Source of the DNA: Octopus bimaculoides
Taxonomy: Eukaryota
Assembly (NCBI RefSeq): GCF_001194135.2
Contig: NC_069001.1
Span: forward strand, 34,501,053-34,565,052
DNA: 64,000 nucleotides
Reading direction: 5' to 3'
The position numbers and the translations under genes were made by a program. This document shows, in pieces, positions 40,575-52,769 of the stretch. Position 1 is the first letter of the stretch. Each line of letters starts with the position of its first letter. A model generated the notes under the pieces. That model saw only the letters and a list, made by a program, of their open reading frames with translations. It did not search any database and was not told where the DNA came from.

Positions 40575-40958
40575 TTATCTGAAAGTTTTGGTTTTCTTCT
40601 GGAGTTTTGTTTCAACGAGGAGTTTTTTTCCCTCTTTCTCAAAGGCTGTCATTTCTTTCAAGACAGTACTTCTTGATACACCAAATATTTCGGCTGTTTA
40701 CGTTATGCTAGTGCCTGCCATACGAGCACCATTAATTTGACCTTTTTGAAAGTTCGTTAGATCTTTCATTTTAATGAATTTTAATTACCTTTTTCTGATG
40801 ATATCTGAAAAGAAACAACAATTTTAGCAAAACATATTATGCAACACTAATAATAAATCAAAAAACATAAAAATAAACAAGCTTTTGATGGTTTTATAGA
40901 TATTTCAAAATTATGATACTATAATGCTAGGTGCTTTCATTATTTTGTCCAATCTCTG
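40575..40958 (-). mobile_element. Tc1-family transposon 5' end: TIR plus N-terminal HTH of transposase
   Basis: Minus strand TA|CAGAGATTGGACAAAATAATGAAAGCACC is a Tc1-type TIR. ATG at 40769 gives MKDLTNFQKGQINGARMAGTSIT*TAEIFGVSRSTVLKEMTAFEKEGK, a Tc1 paired-like HTH. Confidence 0.85.
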
Positions 40959-41633
40959 TATCTGTGTGTGCATGTCTTTGTGACTGTGGACTGATGTTGG
41001 TGTGTTTATGTCCTCACAGCTTAGCAGTTCAGGAAGAGACCAGCTCAGGAAAAAAGTACCAGATTTAAAAAGAAAATAATAAATTGTACTTGAGTCAGTT
41101 TGTTCAGTGACTAAAATTCTTCAAGGCAGTGGTGCCCCAATATGGCCACAGCCTGTTGGCTCAAACAAGCAAAGGTAGCAGATAAAAGATATGCCCTTTC
41201 CAGCAAATATCACAGTTTTTATGTAATTCTGAAAAGATAAATCATTGCCCTAAAATAGCGATATGTCAAAATATAAAATTAAAAACAATAAAACTTTCTT
41301 GAAATTAATTCAAAGAAAAAAAATACACAAAGAAAGCTGTTCTTGCCCAACAAAAGAAGAAAGAGCTAAAACATAATGACTTTTAGAACAAATAAAATTT
41401 TATTGTTAAAAAAAAGCAGAATTTCTTGTGTAAAACTTTATTATATATCAACTCTGCCAAATATCTGAATTTAGAAATAGATTGTAGTCTTGGAGTTAAA
41501 AATATCTCCATTGTAATTGAATTCTTTTCACTGCAGAATTTTGTTGGAACCTCTATATTTTAGTGAAAAAGAAAGAAACCAAAGAAAAGGAGAAACCGGT
41601 TAAAGAAATTTGCAATTAAAACTTTGGCGTCAG

Positions 41634-41688
41634 AACCTATATTCCTTATAAGTGAAATTGCAAACCATTCTGCATTTAATGTTGAATG
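41634..41688 (+). CDS. Candidate small exon (phase 1-2)
   Basis: tcag|...|gtgagt consensus donor; only one frame is open: (E)PIFLISEIANHSAFNVE(W). Confidence 0.2.
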
Positions 41689-42023
41689 GTGAGTATAATT
41701 GTGGTGAGTGTAGGAGATTCTATGGTGAGTGTCTAAACTGGTTATGTCATAAGTGTACCACTTAGGACTTGGTCATTGTGGTGTATATAACATGAAGATA
41801 TATATATATATATATATTTGAGAGAGAGAGAGAATGTGTATGTGAGTGAGAGAGAGAGCGAAAGAGCAGTCATCATATTTTCTTCCATAACTGCTTATTC
41901 TGAAAAACACAGTTATATAACTGGGCTGTTACCTAGGATCCCTTTGAAACCCTAGCACAAAAACCAGTTCATAAGATGAGCCTTAATGGATATATAGTAC
42001 TGTACACTTTGATTTATATATTT

Positions 42024-42057
<34 letters not shown>

Positions 42058-42229
42058 TCTCTCTAACTTGCTCTTCTTCCTCTTCTAACTGGGGTACATA
42101 TGTATTTACTCCACAGCAAGACACTTATCTCTGTCCTTGTATATCTTTAATCTTTCATCAACAGACACAAATCCACTGGAATCAAACCCACTCCCCCACT
42201 CGTAGTTGATGGGCTTTTGTCTTGCAGCA

Positions 42230-42460
42230 TACTTGGTGACCCCGTCGATGCTGGTGCCACATAAAAAGCACCTGGTACACTATATAAAGCGGCTGGCATT
42301 AGGAAGGAAGGGCATCCATCATAGATTACCATGGCAAATCGGACAATGGCGACTGGTGGGGCTCTCAGCCCTGCCAGCTCCTGACAAACCTCCCAGCTGA
42401 TGCCAGCATGGGCCAGAGACGTTAAATGATGACGGCGACGACGACGACGACGACGACTTT
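42230..42460 (+). mobile_element. SINE family C
   Basis: GGTGCCACATAAAAAGCACC...GGGCATCC...CCAGCATG...ACGTTAAATGATGACG tail. Confidence 0.7.
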
Positions 42461-43454
42461 GCCATTAAGATGTTTGCTCTTCAGTGTACATGGTTTCAAG
42501 TTTGAGTGTCTTCTATCACCACTACCACCATCATCATCATCATCATATCATCATCATCATCACCATCACCATCATTACCATCACCATTGTCTTTCTCTTA
42601 GCACACAGAATACTTATGTTGCTCCATAGATTTTGGAAACGGTTGCCATGAAAAGCAGACATCAACAACAGCAACAAGCTTAACATTTTCATGATTTTAT
42701 AATAATTCAAGAGAGATTACTTAGAGCATTATGGGATTAAAAGCAAGATGCTTTAATATTGTTGGCAATTATATAAATGAATTATTTACTGAACGAAATT
42801 AAATGGTTGCTGAAATATATTACACAATATTGAGATTAGTGGTATGTGTGAGTTGATATATATATATATATATATATATNNNNNNNNNNNNNNNNNNNNN
42901 NNNNNNNNNNNNNNNNNNNNNNNNNNNNNNNNNNNNNNNNNNNNNNNNNNNNNNNNNNNNNNNNNNNNNNNNNNNNNNNNNNNNNNNNNNNNNNNNNNNN
43001 NNNNNNNNNNNNNNNNNNNNNNNNNNNNNNNNNNNNNNNNNNNNNNNNNNNNNNNNNNNNNNNNNNNNNNNNNNNNNNNNNNNNNNNNNNNNNNNNNNNN
43101 NNNNNNNNNNNNNNNNNNNNNNNNNNNNNNNNNNNNNNNNNNNNNNNNNNNNNNNNNNNNNNNNNNNNNNNNNNNNNNNNNNNNNNNNNNNNNNNNNNNN
43201 NNNNNNNNNNNNNNNNNNNNNNNNNNNNNNNNNNNNNNNNNNNNNNNNNNNNNNNNNNNNNNNNNNNNNNNNNNNNNNNNNNNNNNNNNNNNNNNNNNNN
43301 NNNNNNNNNNNNNNNNNNNNNNNNNNNNNNNNNNNNNNNNNNNNNNNNNNNNNNNNNNNNNNNNNNNNNNNNNNNNNNNNNNNNNNNNNNNNNNNNNNNN
43401 NNNNNNNNNNNNNNNNNNNNNNNNNNNTAATACACCTTTCTACAATAGGCACAA

Positions 43455-43491
<37 letters not shown>

Positions 43492-43495
<4 letters not shown>

Positions 43496-43740
43496 GTTGG
43501 TGCATAATTATTGCGGCTATCTTTCAACAAATTTTATTCAACAAAAACAATAGCAATATTTAACAAAAACATCTTCAAATGACAGTCTGACCGCCTGCCA
43601 AACAAATGGGAAGCAGTAATTGAAGTAGATGGTGAATATGCTCTGGAATAATCATTTAAAGATGTTTTTGTTACATGTTGTCATTGTTTTTGTTGAATAA
43701 AATTTGTCAAAAAAAGCCGCAATAATTATGCACCAATCCA

Positions 43741-43741
<1 letters not shown>
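43492..43741 (+). mobile_element. Mariner-derived MITE (250 bp) with about 90-bp inverted arms
   Basis: TA|TTGGGTTGGTGCATAATTATTGCGGCT...AGCCGCAATAATTATGCACCAATCCAA|TA. The central 43589-43651 encodes DRLPNKWEAVIEVDGEYALE*, a mariner C-terminus. Confidence 0.9.
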
Positions 43742-43800
<59 letters not shown>

Positions 43801-44639
43801 GCACACACACACAGATATATAGAGAAAGATATGTATATGTACATACGTGTGTGTGTTATATATTTTTATATATATATGTATTTACATATAAACATGTATA
43901 TTTACAAACACATGCACACATACCCATATATGAGTGTGTGTGTGTGTGTTTGTTTGTTTAGCAAAGAAGACATATAGAGACAGAAGAAAATGAGGTAATT
44001 TCTGTTATTTAATCAACTTTACACTTGCATTTTTCTACTCAATTTATCCAATGCCAAATAACATAAAATGTAATACATCATAGATGACTGACTCCAGCAC
44101 CATACTAATACCTGACTAACAGCTACTTTAAATGCTGAAAATATCAGCAGCAACACCACCACTTCGTAATCTGAGAGGTATTATGTTTTGTTTTTTGTTT
44201 TTGGTGTTTTTTTTTTTTGCTTTTGCATTAATAATCTTATTGCATCTCCTGTGCAATATAAAAACTGGTAAAATATTGTCTTGTCAAAATTAAGACAATA
44301 AAAGACATCATTTATCGTGGTGATCACGAGGAAACATCTTCCATGCTGCCATCCGTTTTTATAGGCATTTAGAGATCAACATGTTGTTATGCATAATGTC
44401 ATTAACATTATAAATGTCTTTTAGGAATACATAGAATATTAATGACTCAATTGTTGCATGAGACAATAGAAGAGGTATACGAGAAGGAAGCCTAGTGTTA
44501 AATGATATTAAAGCAGACGTATATATATATACACGCACATATAAATATGTATGAGACAATAGAACAGGTATCCAAGAAGGAAGCCTAGTGTTAAATGATT
44601 TTAAAACAGGCATATATGCATTCATACATAAATACATGT

Positions 44640-44793
<154 letters not shown>

Positions 44794-44979
44794 TTATATC
44801 TATATATATAAAATGGTTGAGACTGACTGCTCTAAGTTCAACAAGAAAAATAACAAAAATGAAAAGATTTCCTTTCCAAAGCATTAGTTCTCGGCATTCC
44901 CTTCCTATACATTTTATTCCTTGCCCCAACCAGTTTCCATCTGTTCAAGGAAAGACGTTAGCTGCATTTGTTTTTGAAG

Positions 44980-45063
44980 GCTGGTGAAAGCTGGGGACAT
45001 TACCTGCTTTTCTGTACCCAAAGACGAAAACAAAGGGGAAGTCAGAAGATTTCTGAGGACAGG
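44980..45063 (+). CDS. Candidate exon (84 nt, phase 2-2)
   Basis: tttgtttttgaag|...|gtaatt; open frame LVKAGDITCFSVPKDENKGEVRRFLRT(G). Confidence 0.2.
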
Positions 45064-45114
45064 GTAATTGATAAACCATAGAGACAGGCACCGCTGTAAG
45101 GTTCAGTTCAGTTT

Positions 45115-45420
45115 GTAACCATGTGGTCTCCAGTTCAGTTCTACAAAAACTCAGGATCATCAATGCCTTGTGAGTGAATTAAGTAGATAGAAACTGTGAG
45201 GAAGCCTATCATATGTGTGTGTGGATTGTGTTTGTGGGTTGCCCCCCACCACCACTTTTTATAGGCTTGTTTATGGCCTCCTAGCTTAGTGGTTGACCAA
45301 TTAAAGATCGATAGAATGAGTACAAAACTTAGATAAGTACTTCCGTTGATTTGGTTGATGAAATCTTTCAAAGCATGGTTGCAGTCCTGCAACTTGCAGC
45401 CATGGTTTCAAAGATAAAAA
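45115..45420 (+). mobile_element. SINE family A, old diverged copy
   Basis: Degenerate head and tail in sense order. Confidence 0.6.
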
Positions 45421-47673
45421 TTAAGACAAACGATTTGAAAAAAAAAAAATTAAAGATGTCTTCTTCATTAGCCAAATAGATAATTGCAAATTGTTTCAAA
45501 ACGTGTTGCAGCTTAATAAAATTTCCCACATAGGAATTATAATGAAGGCACCATTTTAAATTCTCCTTCGATTTTATATTTCAGTAGTTTTAATTGCTAC
45601 TACATTAACTCAATTATAACTTAATTATAAGCAAGCTATTAATCTAGTGAAGCAATAACTACAATTAACAACAAACAAATCACATTAACTGGAAAAAGCT
45701 CATTTCTCCAACCAGCAATTTCTGTGTATTGCAGCTTATTGATTACCACATCTCGATAACCTCTTGGGCTATCTAAATAAGCAAGACAGCTGTCCGTTTG
45801 TCCATTTATCTTTCATTGCAGTCAACCGTTTTTCTATTCAAACAACTAATGAACATGTCAGTTGACCAATACTTCTTCTTTCCTAAACAACAATTGCGTG
45901 GTCTGTGATGGATTGTGGAGGTTATATTGGTGTATAGCAGTGCTAAGCTCTCCTGCACAGGATGATGATGGCTGTAGGTTAAAGCAGTGTAACCAGCTAT
46001 CGGACGAAGATAATTACTGAGAAATATTACAACGAAATAAACCTATCCAAGAAATAATAAGACTTTTGAAAGGGAAGCTCTTCTTCTCTTACTTCTTCCA
46101 TTTGGTCTTTTTGGCCTCAACCAGACAGCCAGCCACTAATTCGACTAATCTATTCACTCATCCCTCACTTTTAAAGTGATGATGTGGTTAAGAAGATTGC
46201 TTCCCAACCATATGGTCTTGGGTTCAGTCCCACTGTGTGGCAACACCTTGGGCAAGTGTCTTCTACTAAAGCCACATGCTATAGTAGATATGCTTGGTCT
46301 ACATTACCCCTTTAAGGAGCATAATGCTGGGTCCCTGATTTTTCTGGCATATGTATTACTCAGCTGATGGGACGCCAGTCTGTCACAAGATTATTCATTT
46401 TTCTAGCTGAGTGGACTCAAGCAATATGCAATGAAGTTTCTTTGCTCAAGAACACAATATACACTGCCCATCCAGGAATCCAAACCTCAATCTTATTATC
46501 GGCAGTCCAACACACTAACCACCAAACCATGCCCCTCCACCACAGTAGATGTGGTTGGGCTACATTACTCCTTTAAGGAGCATGAGGCTGGGTTCCTGAT
46601 TTTTCTGGTATATATCAACCCATGCTAGCATGGAAACTGGACGTTAACTGATGATGATGATGATGATATCTTTCTCCCTGGATGGGACACCAACTGAGCA
46701 ATGTGAAATGAAGTGTTTTGCTCAAGAATACAACACTTCCAGGAATTGAAATCACAATCTTACAATCACACTATCCAATAAGCGATGTACCTCCACCATA
46801 GTAGAAGATATGGTACACTCTAACCAAAAGAAACCCGTCTTATATGTGTGTATGTCTGTTTAGATTTGTGCATTTCCCAAAATTGCTGAGCTATAAGCAA
46901 TGATGCAGTGACGTTGTTGATAGTAACCCTGTCAATAAATTATCTACTTGGGTTCAATCCCAAAGCACAGTACCTTGGACAGATGTCTTTTGTAATAGTC
47001 CCAGACCAGCCATACTCATGAGTGTATTTAATAGAAACTGAAAGAAGCTATTCTATATACATTTAGTAGTTTTAATCCATTTATTATGAAATAAAAACTA
47101 CACTGATTGTTGGCAACAGGAAGGGCATCCAGCCTTTGAAAATCTGTCTTAACAAATTCACCTGACCGATGCAAAGATGGAAAAACTATTTGTTAAGATG
47201 AGGATGATGCTGATGTATGTACATTTGTGCTCTTTCAACATGAAATCTAACAACACTTGTTCTTTGTAATAATTGAGCTCCAGCTGAGTCACACTTCAAA
47301 ACAAGACAGTTGGACAACTTCATTGAATCAGGTTACAATGAAACAAATCCAATTAGTATAAATCAAAGTCGTTACAAGCAGGTGCTCTTAATTAACCTTG
47401 AAATCATAATTAAAGTCAGTAATTCATTAAATTTTGAGTATTAATTAAATTTTCCAATAACATTCCCCACAAATGTTTAACGTATTAAATTATCCTTTCT
47501 GTCTTTTTTCTTTCTTTTTTTTTTTTTTTTTTTTTTTTGCCTATTTTGTTTTTTATTTTATTTTATGTTGCTGATCTTTTATTGGTTATAACTAACTTTC
47601 ATGTGAAGTTATATATTGTGTCTCATGCTTTTTCCTCTTTGAATTGTAATTGTATATATACATACATACATAA

Positions 47674-47710
<37 letters not shown>

Positions 47711-47819
47711 AACACATATAAGCAGACACACACATGCACATATACATACAGACATACGTGTGTGTGTGTGTGTGTGTCTGTGTGTGCATATATATATGTA
47801 TATATATATATATATATAT

Positions 47820-48060
47820 CATCATGATCATCATTGTTTAATGTCTGCTTTCCATGCTGGCATGGGTTGGACAGTTTGACTGAGGACTGACAAGCCATAA
47901 GGCTGCACCAGGCTCCAATCAGATCAGGCAAGGTTCTACAGCTGGATGCCCTTCCTAACACCAACCACACCGAGAGTGTAGTGGGTGCTTTCTATGTGCT
48001 ACCGGTGCGGGGCCAGTTAGGTGGTACTGGCATCGACCACGCTCGAATGGTACTTTTTAC
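47820..48060 (-). mobile_element. SINE family C, well-preserved copy
   Basis: CTGCTTTCCATGCTGGCATGGGTTGGAC...GCTGGATGCCCTTCCTAACACCAACCAC...GGGCCAGTTAGGTGGTACTGGC. Confidence 0.8.
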
Positions 48061-48095
48061 TGCTCTCTCACTCAATAATAATAATAATAATAATA

Positions 48096-48480
48096 ATCCT
48101 TTCTACTATAGATACAGGGCCTGAAATATTAGGGGAAGCACAGCAGTTGATACCGTCAGCCCCAGTATTAAACTGGTACCCCCTTTATCGACCTTAAAAG
48201 AATGAAAGGCAAAATTGATCTTGGCAAATTTTGATCTCAGAACATAAGGATGGGAATCGTGGCGCTAAGCATTTTGCCCGGATTGCTAGCAATTCCACTA
48301 TAGGCACAAGGCCTGAAATTCTGGTGGAGGGGAGGGGTGGGGCTAGTCAATAACTTCGACCCCTGTATTCAACTGTTACTTATTTTATTAACCCTGTAAA
48401 GATGAAAGTTATATTCAACTTCAACAATTTTGAACTCAGAACATGAAGACGGACAAATATGCTTGGCAGCATTTTGTCAA
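48096..48480 (-). mobile_element. Two tandem SINE family B copies
   Basis: The core appears twice (near 48175-48240 and 48370-48445); a (TAA)n tail lies at the left. Confidence 0.75.
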
Positions 48481-48483
48481 ATG

Positions 48484-48516
<33 letters not shown>

Positions 48517-50166
48517 CGATGATAATGATAATAATAATTTCTTTGCATCTGAGAGGTGTCAGCTGTCTCCATTGACAAAAACCAAAAGTACATTAAACGA
48601 AGATGAAGACGTTTATAGTGGTACTGACATTACAACCATTCTACAGTTTTTCCTGTTCACCTTTGGGCATTGGACGATGTATTGTTAAAAATGGTGTGGA
48701 ACCATAAAAGACAGAACAAAAGAAAGAATGTGAAAAAGAAGAAAAAGAAAGCTATGATAGTGAAACAAACACAAAAAAAAAAAAGCACCACAACAAAACA
48801 ACAAAACATTTGCCGAAGAATGAAAGAAGCAGCTGAGATATTTCGCTTGGTTTCTTCATAGAAGTTAATCTTGTCAGCTTTGCCTGAGCCTGAATGAGTT
48901 AGTTGTACTGCAAATTGTGGTTGGCGCTACAACCGTAAATCACTTTGCATCAGGTCAGTCTTAGCTTGGAGAAAATACAATAAAAAAAAAATCTAATATA
49001 ATATATAATAAATATATAAAAACAATTTGATAAAAAAAAAATCTACTGAAACATCTTCAACTATTTCAGGTCAGTACCAACAAAAGTAGCAGCAGTAGTA
49101 ACAGCAGCAGCAGCAATACCATTCCTTTGAGGACCATTAAACAAATCCATCAAACCTATACTGGTTACTTTTACTATGTCTTGTCTTTTTTTTTTTTAAT
49201 TATATTTTTATTTTTATTTTAGTATTTTTTTGTTTGGTGAAAATTTTTTTTTTCTGTTACGCAATTCTCCTGTCACTAAAATCAAAAGTAAAAAAAAAAA
49301 AATTGTGTGTGTATATGTTGTTCATATGGGAGAACAGTATTCAGTATATGGAGGACGGATATATGTATGTATGTGTGTGTGTATGTGTTTGTGTATATAT
49401 TATGACAGCAAAAAATTGCACAAACAAGCAAGATAAACTATCAAGTATTGAATTATGGATGATAGGTGTGGCTGTGTGGTAGGAAGCTTGCTTCCCAACC
49501 AGATGGTTCCCAGTTCAATCCCACTTGGGGCTGAACCTTGGGCAAGTGTCTTTTAGCATGGCCAAAGTCTGATGACTGAAACAACTAAAAGATAAAAGAT
49601 AGTAAATCCATCTGTTGTAGATGATGATGATGATGATAAGGACAATGACAATGATAGTAATAATGATGACGACAATGACAACAATGATGATGATGACAGC
49701 CACCCACACATTAACGCAAAAATTTAAAATTATCGCTTCATTTTGCTGTATTCTTCAACACCCACCCACACAATTCTGTCGTCTACTTGGAAGAAATGTA
49801 ATTTACTTCTATTAAATAGACAAAGTTGCCATTCTCTGACGCTTGCTTCCATTTCTTTGTAAAAGATTTTCAAGAATTCAACTTGACATTTTGTTGTTTC
49901 AATTTTTTGGCCAGAACTTCTGGTCAAAATCTAATCAACAAATGTTTTTTTTTAATCCATTTTTGCAAATTTTTCTTTTGTGTTTCTCTCTTTTTTTTTG
50001 GCGATAAAAAAAATGAAATTAAAAAACAAAACAAAACAAAAATTAAGTAATGAATCATTTAAATACAATTGTTTGTCTTATTCGTTAAGTTCTTAAATCA
50101 TTGTAATTCCTGGCTAGTGATTAAAAGAAAAAGCTAGAGAAGAAAATAATGAATTAAATAAATTAA

Positions 50167-50195
<29 letters not shown>

Positions 50196-50198
<3 letters not shown>

Positions 50199-50383
50199 TG
50201 GTTTCAAATTTTGTCACAAAGCCAGCAATTTTGGGGGAGGGGTTGAGTTAATTACATCGACCCCAGTATTCAACTGGTACTTATTTTATCGACNNNNNNN
50301 NNNNNNNNNNNNNNNNNNNCCCGCTAGAATTTGAACTCAGAGCATAGTATGGGCGAAATGACTCTGCCAGCTTGGTGCCTTGC

Positions 50384-50386
<3 letters not shown>
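50196..50386 (-). mobile_element. SINE family B between two (TAA)n tracts
   Basis: Head and tail match the other B copies; interrupted by a 26-N gap. Confidence 0.75.
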
Positions 50387-50437
<51 letters not shown>

Positions 50438-50452
50438 GTAATAGTAATAATT

Positions 50453-51113
50453 ATATCAAGAATAGACAACACAGAAAGTGACAAGTGCAGAATCTGTGGA
50501 CAAAATGGTGAAACCATATGGCATATTACCAGTCAATGTACACCACTAACCCAGAAAGAACATTAGAGACGTCAAGACAAAATAGCAAGGATTGTGCATT
50601 GGACACTTTGCAACAAGTATGGACTTGACTAAGCGAAAAAGGGGTACGGATATAAACCCAAAGGCATCATCGAAAATGATAATGCAAAGATCCTATGGGA
50701 TTTTATGATTTAGTGTGACCATGAGATAGAGAATAGGAAACCAGATATAGAGTTAATTGAGAAAGAAAGCAAATGATACTGGATCATAGATATAGCATGC
50801 CAGGAGGAAAGAAAAGTCAATAGATATAACAGGTTAGCTTGGAAGGTTAAGCAGTTGTGGTCGATGGAAAAGGTGGTAGTAGTACCAATAATTGTTGGAG
50901 CCCTGGGAACAGTGAGTAAAATTCTTGAGAAGTACATGGAACAAATAGGGGCTGCAATAAGGGTGGGGCACTTGCAGAAAGCAGTACTACTTGGAACTTC
51001 TTGAATACACCAGATGGTGCTCGAAAAATAAGAGGTGTTACATTAGTTCACTGGTAGTAAACAGGTGACACTGTAGTACATCTACAGCGTTAGAAGCAGT
51101 GCAAAGAGTATAT
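50453..51113 (+). mobile_element. 5'-truncated R4/Dong-like non-LTR retrotransposon: CCHC knuckle plus restriction-like endonuclease, decayed
   Basis: One frame with in-frame stops to 51031: KCRICGQNGETIWHITSQC (C-x2-C-x8-H-x4-C), RRQDKIARIVHWTLCNKYGL, ILWDF...NRKPDI...IIDIA, VPIIVGALGTV, LQKAVLLGT. Begins directly after (TAA)n. Confidence 0.9.
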
Positions 51114-51404
51114 AAACAGTTTGGCTGCCTGTTTCTCTGGAGACTGTCAGAATGATGTGGATGCCTCTGATGAGAACCCAGCAAAGATTAAAAATGAAAA
51201 AGTATGCATGTGTTTGTGATGTATGCCTGAATATGATTTGAAACCAGGTATGGATTTTCGTATGAAGTCACAAGATCGATCAAAGGTGCCTGTTTATTGC
51301 AGGATCTAATTCTTTTATTGTTCTGCTTCTTCAACTCAAATTGTTTTGGCACATCATGACACATTTTGCTCCACTCAGATTTATCTAGGCAGTAACTTCC
51401 GCAT

Positions 51405-51535
51405 CATCGTCATTTAACATCCATTTTCCATGCTGGCATGGGTTAGATGGTTTGACTAGAATTGGTAAGCCAGAGAGCTACACCAGGTTCCAGTCTGATT
51501 TGGCTTGGTTTCTACATCTGGACACCCTTCCTAAC
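51405..51535 (-). mobile_element. Family C-type (GAT)n-tailed 3' segment
   Basis: CATTTTCCATGCTGGCATGGGTTAGATGG...GGACACCCTTCCTAACC. Confidence 0.7.
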
Positions 51536-51573
51536 CTCAAGATGTTGAATTATGTTGTAGAGATTTTAGTAAT

Positions 51574-51733
51574 TGTTTTATCCTTATACCTAAAGATGGG
51601 TCTTCCTTTACCATAGTATCCCTCTACTTGTTGGCCATACAAAGGAATTTTTGGAATGCGGTCATCTTTCATTCAGACATGTTCAGCCCATCTTTACTGA
51701 ATTCTCAACAGTATGCTTTCAATACTGGAAATA
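51574..51733 (-). mobile_element. RTE-clade LINE ORF C-terminal fragment
   Basis: SIESILLRIQ*RWAEHV...MKDDRIPKIPLYGQQVEGYYGKGRPIFRYKD matches the RTE/BovB-type LRWAGHVxRMxxxRIPKxLLYG...GRPxxRYKD pattern. Confidence 0.85.
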
Positions 51734-51789
51734 TCAGATTTTACCAAAATTTTGACCTAATAATAGTAATAATAAGGATAATAAAAGTA

Positions 51790-52288
51790 ATTTTAAATTT
51801 TGGCACAAAGCCAGCAATTTTGGTGGGGCTGGGGTAAGGTGATTACATTGACCCCCAATGACCAATTGGTACTTATTTTATCGGCCCCTAAAGGATGAAA
51901 TGTAAAGTTGACCTTGGCAGAATTTGAACTCAGAACACAAAGATAGATGAAATGCCACTGTGCATTATGCTCATTGCTCAGTGTGCTGGTGATTCAACCA
52001 GCTTGCTGCCTTGATAAGGATAATGATAATAATAATGATAATAATAATAACAACAATAATAATAATGATAATAATAATCCTTTCAACTATAGGCACAAGG
52101 CCTCTAATTTCAGGGGAGGGGCTAGTTGAGTTCAATGACCCCAGTGATCAACTGGTACGTATCATAATTTTATTGGCCTCCAAAGGACAAAAGGCAACAT
52201 TAACTTCAGCAAAATTTGAACTCAAAACATAAGCATTTGGAAGAAATGCCGTTAAGCATTTGTTTGACACAGTAATGATTCTGCTAGC

Positions 52289-52291
<3 letters not shown>
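51790..52291 (-). mobile_element. Two SINE family B copies alternating with (TAA)n tracts
   Basis: Copies at 51790-52010 and 52079-52291, with TAA-type repeats before, between and after. Confidence 0.8.
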
Positions 52292-52324
<33 letters not shown>

Positions 52325-52769
52325 GATTTACTCAAAATCATGAGTTAGTATATATATATATATATATANNNNNNNNNNNNNNNNNNNNNNNNNNNNNNNN
52401 NNNNNNNNNNNNNNNNNNNNNNNNNNNNNNNNNNNNNNNNNNNNNNNNNNNNNNNNNNNNNNNNNNNNNNNNNNNNNNNNNNNNNNNNNNNNNNNNNAAT
52501 TTTATTGAGGATATTTGATATTTCCCATCTGTTATCTTCTCATGATTTTCTAATCTTAATATCCTTGAGGCTCCAATCTGGATAAGGAACCAAAGGTAAT
52601 GGAAGAGGAATCTCCAAGAATTAACAAACAACAACAACCACAAAAAAAATAAATAACTGAAGAAAAAGAGGAAAGAAAAATGAAGAAGTTTCTTTAACAT
52701 TTTCATCTTCTTCCATTTTTATTGAATAAAATGAAAGAGAAATTTCTTGTTGGTCCATAATTTGCGAGA

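Noticed and set aside
48885-48955. Foldable segment considered as a SECIS element or snoRNA
   Set aside because: No GA quartet partner and no properly placed C/D or H/ACA boxes.
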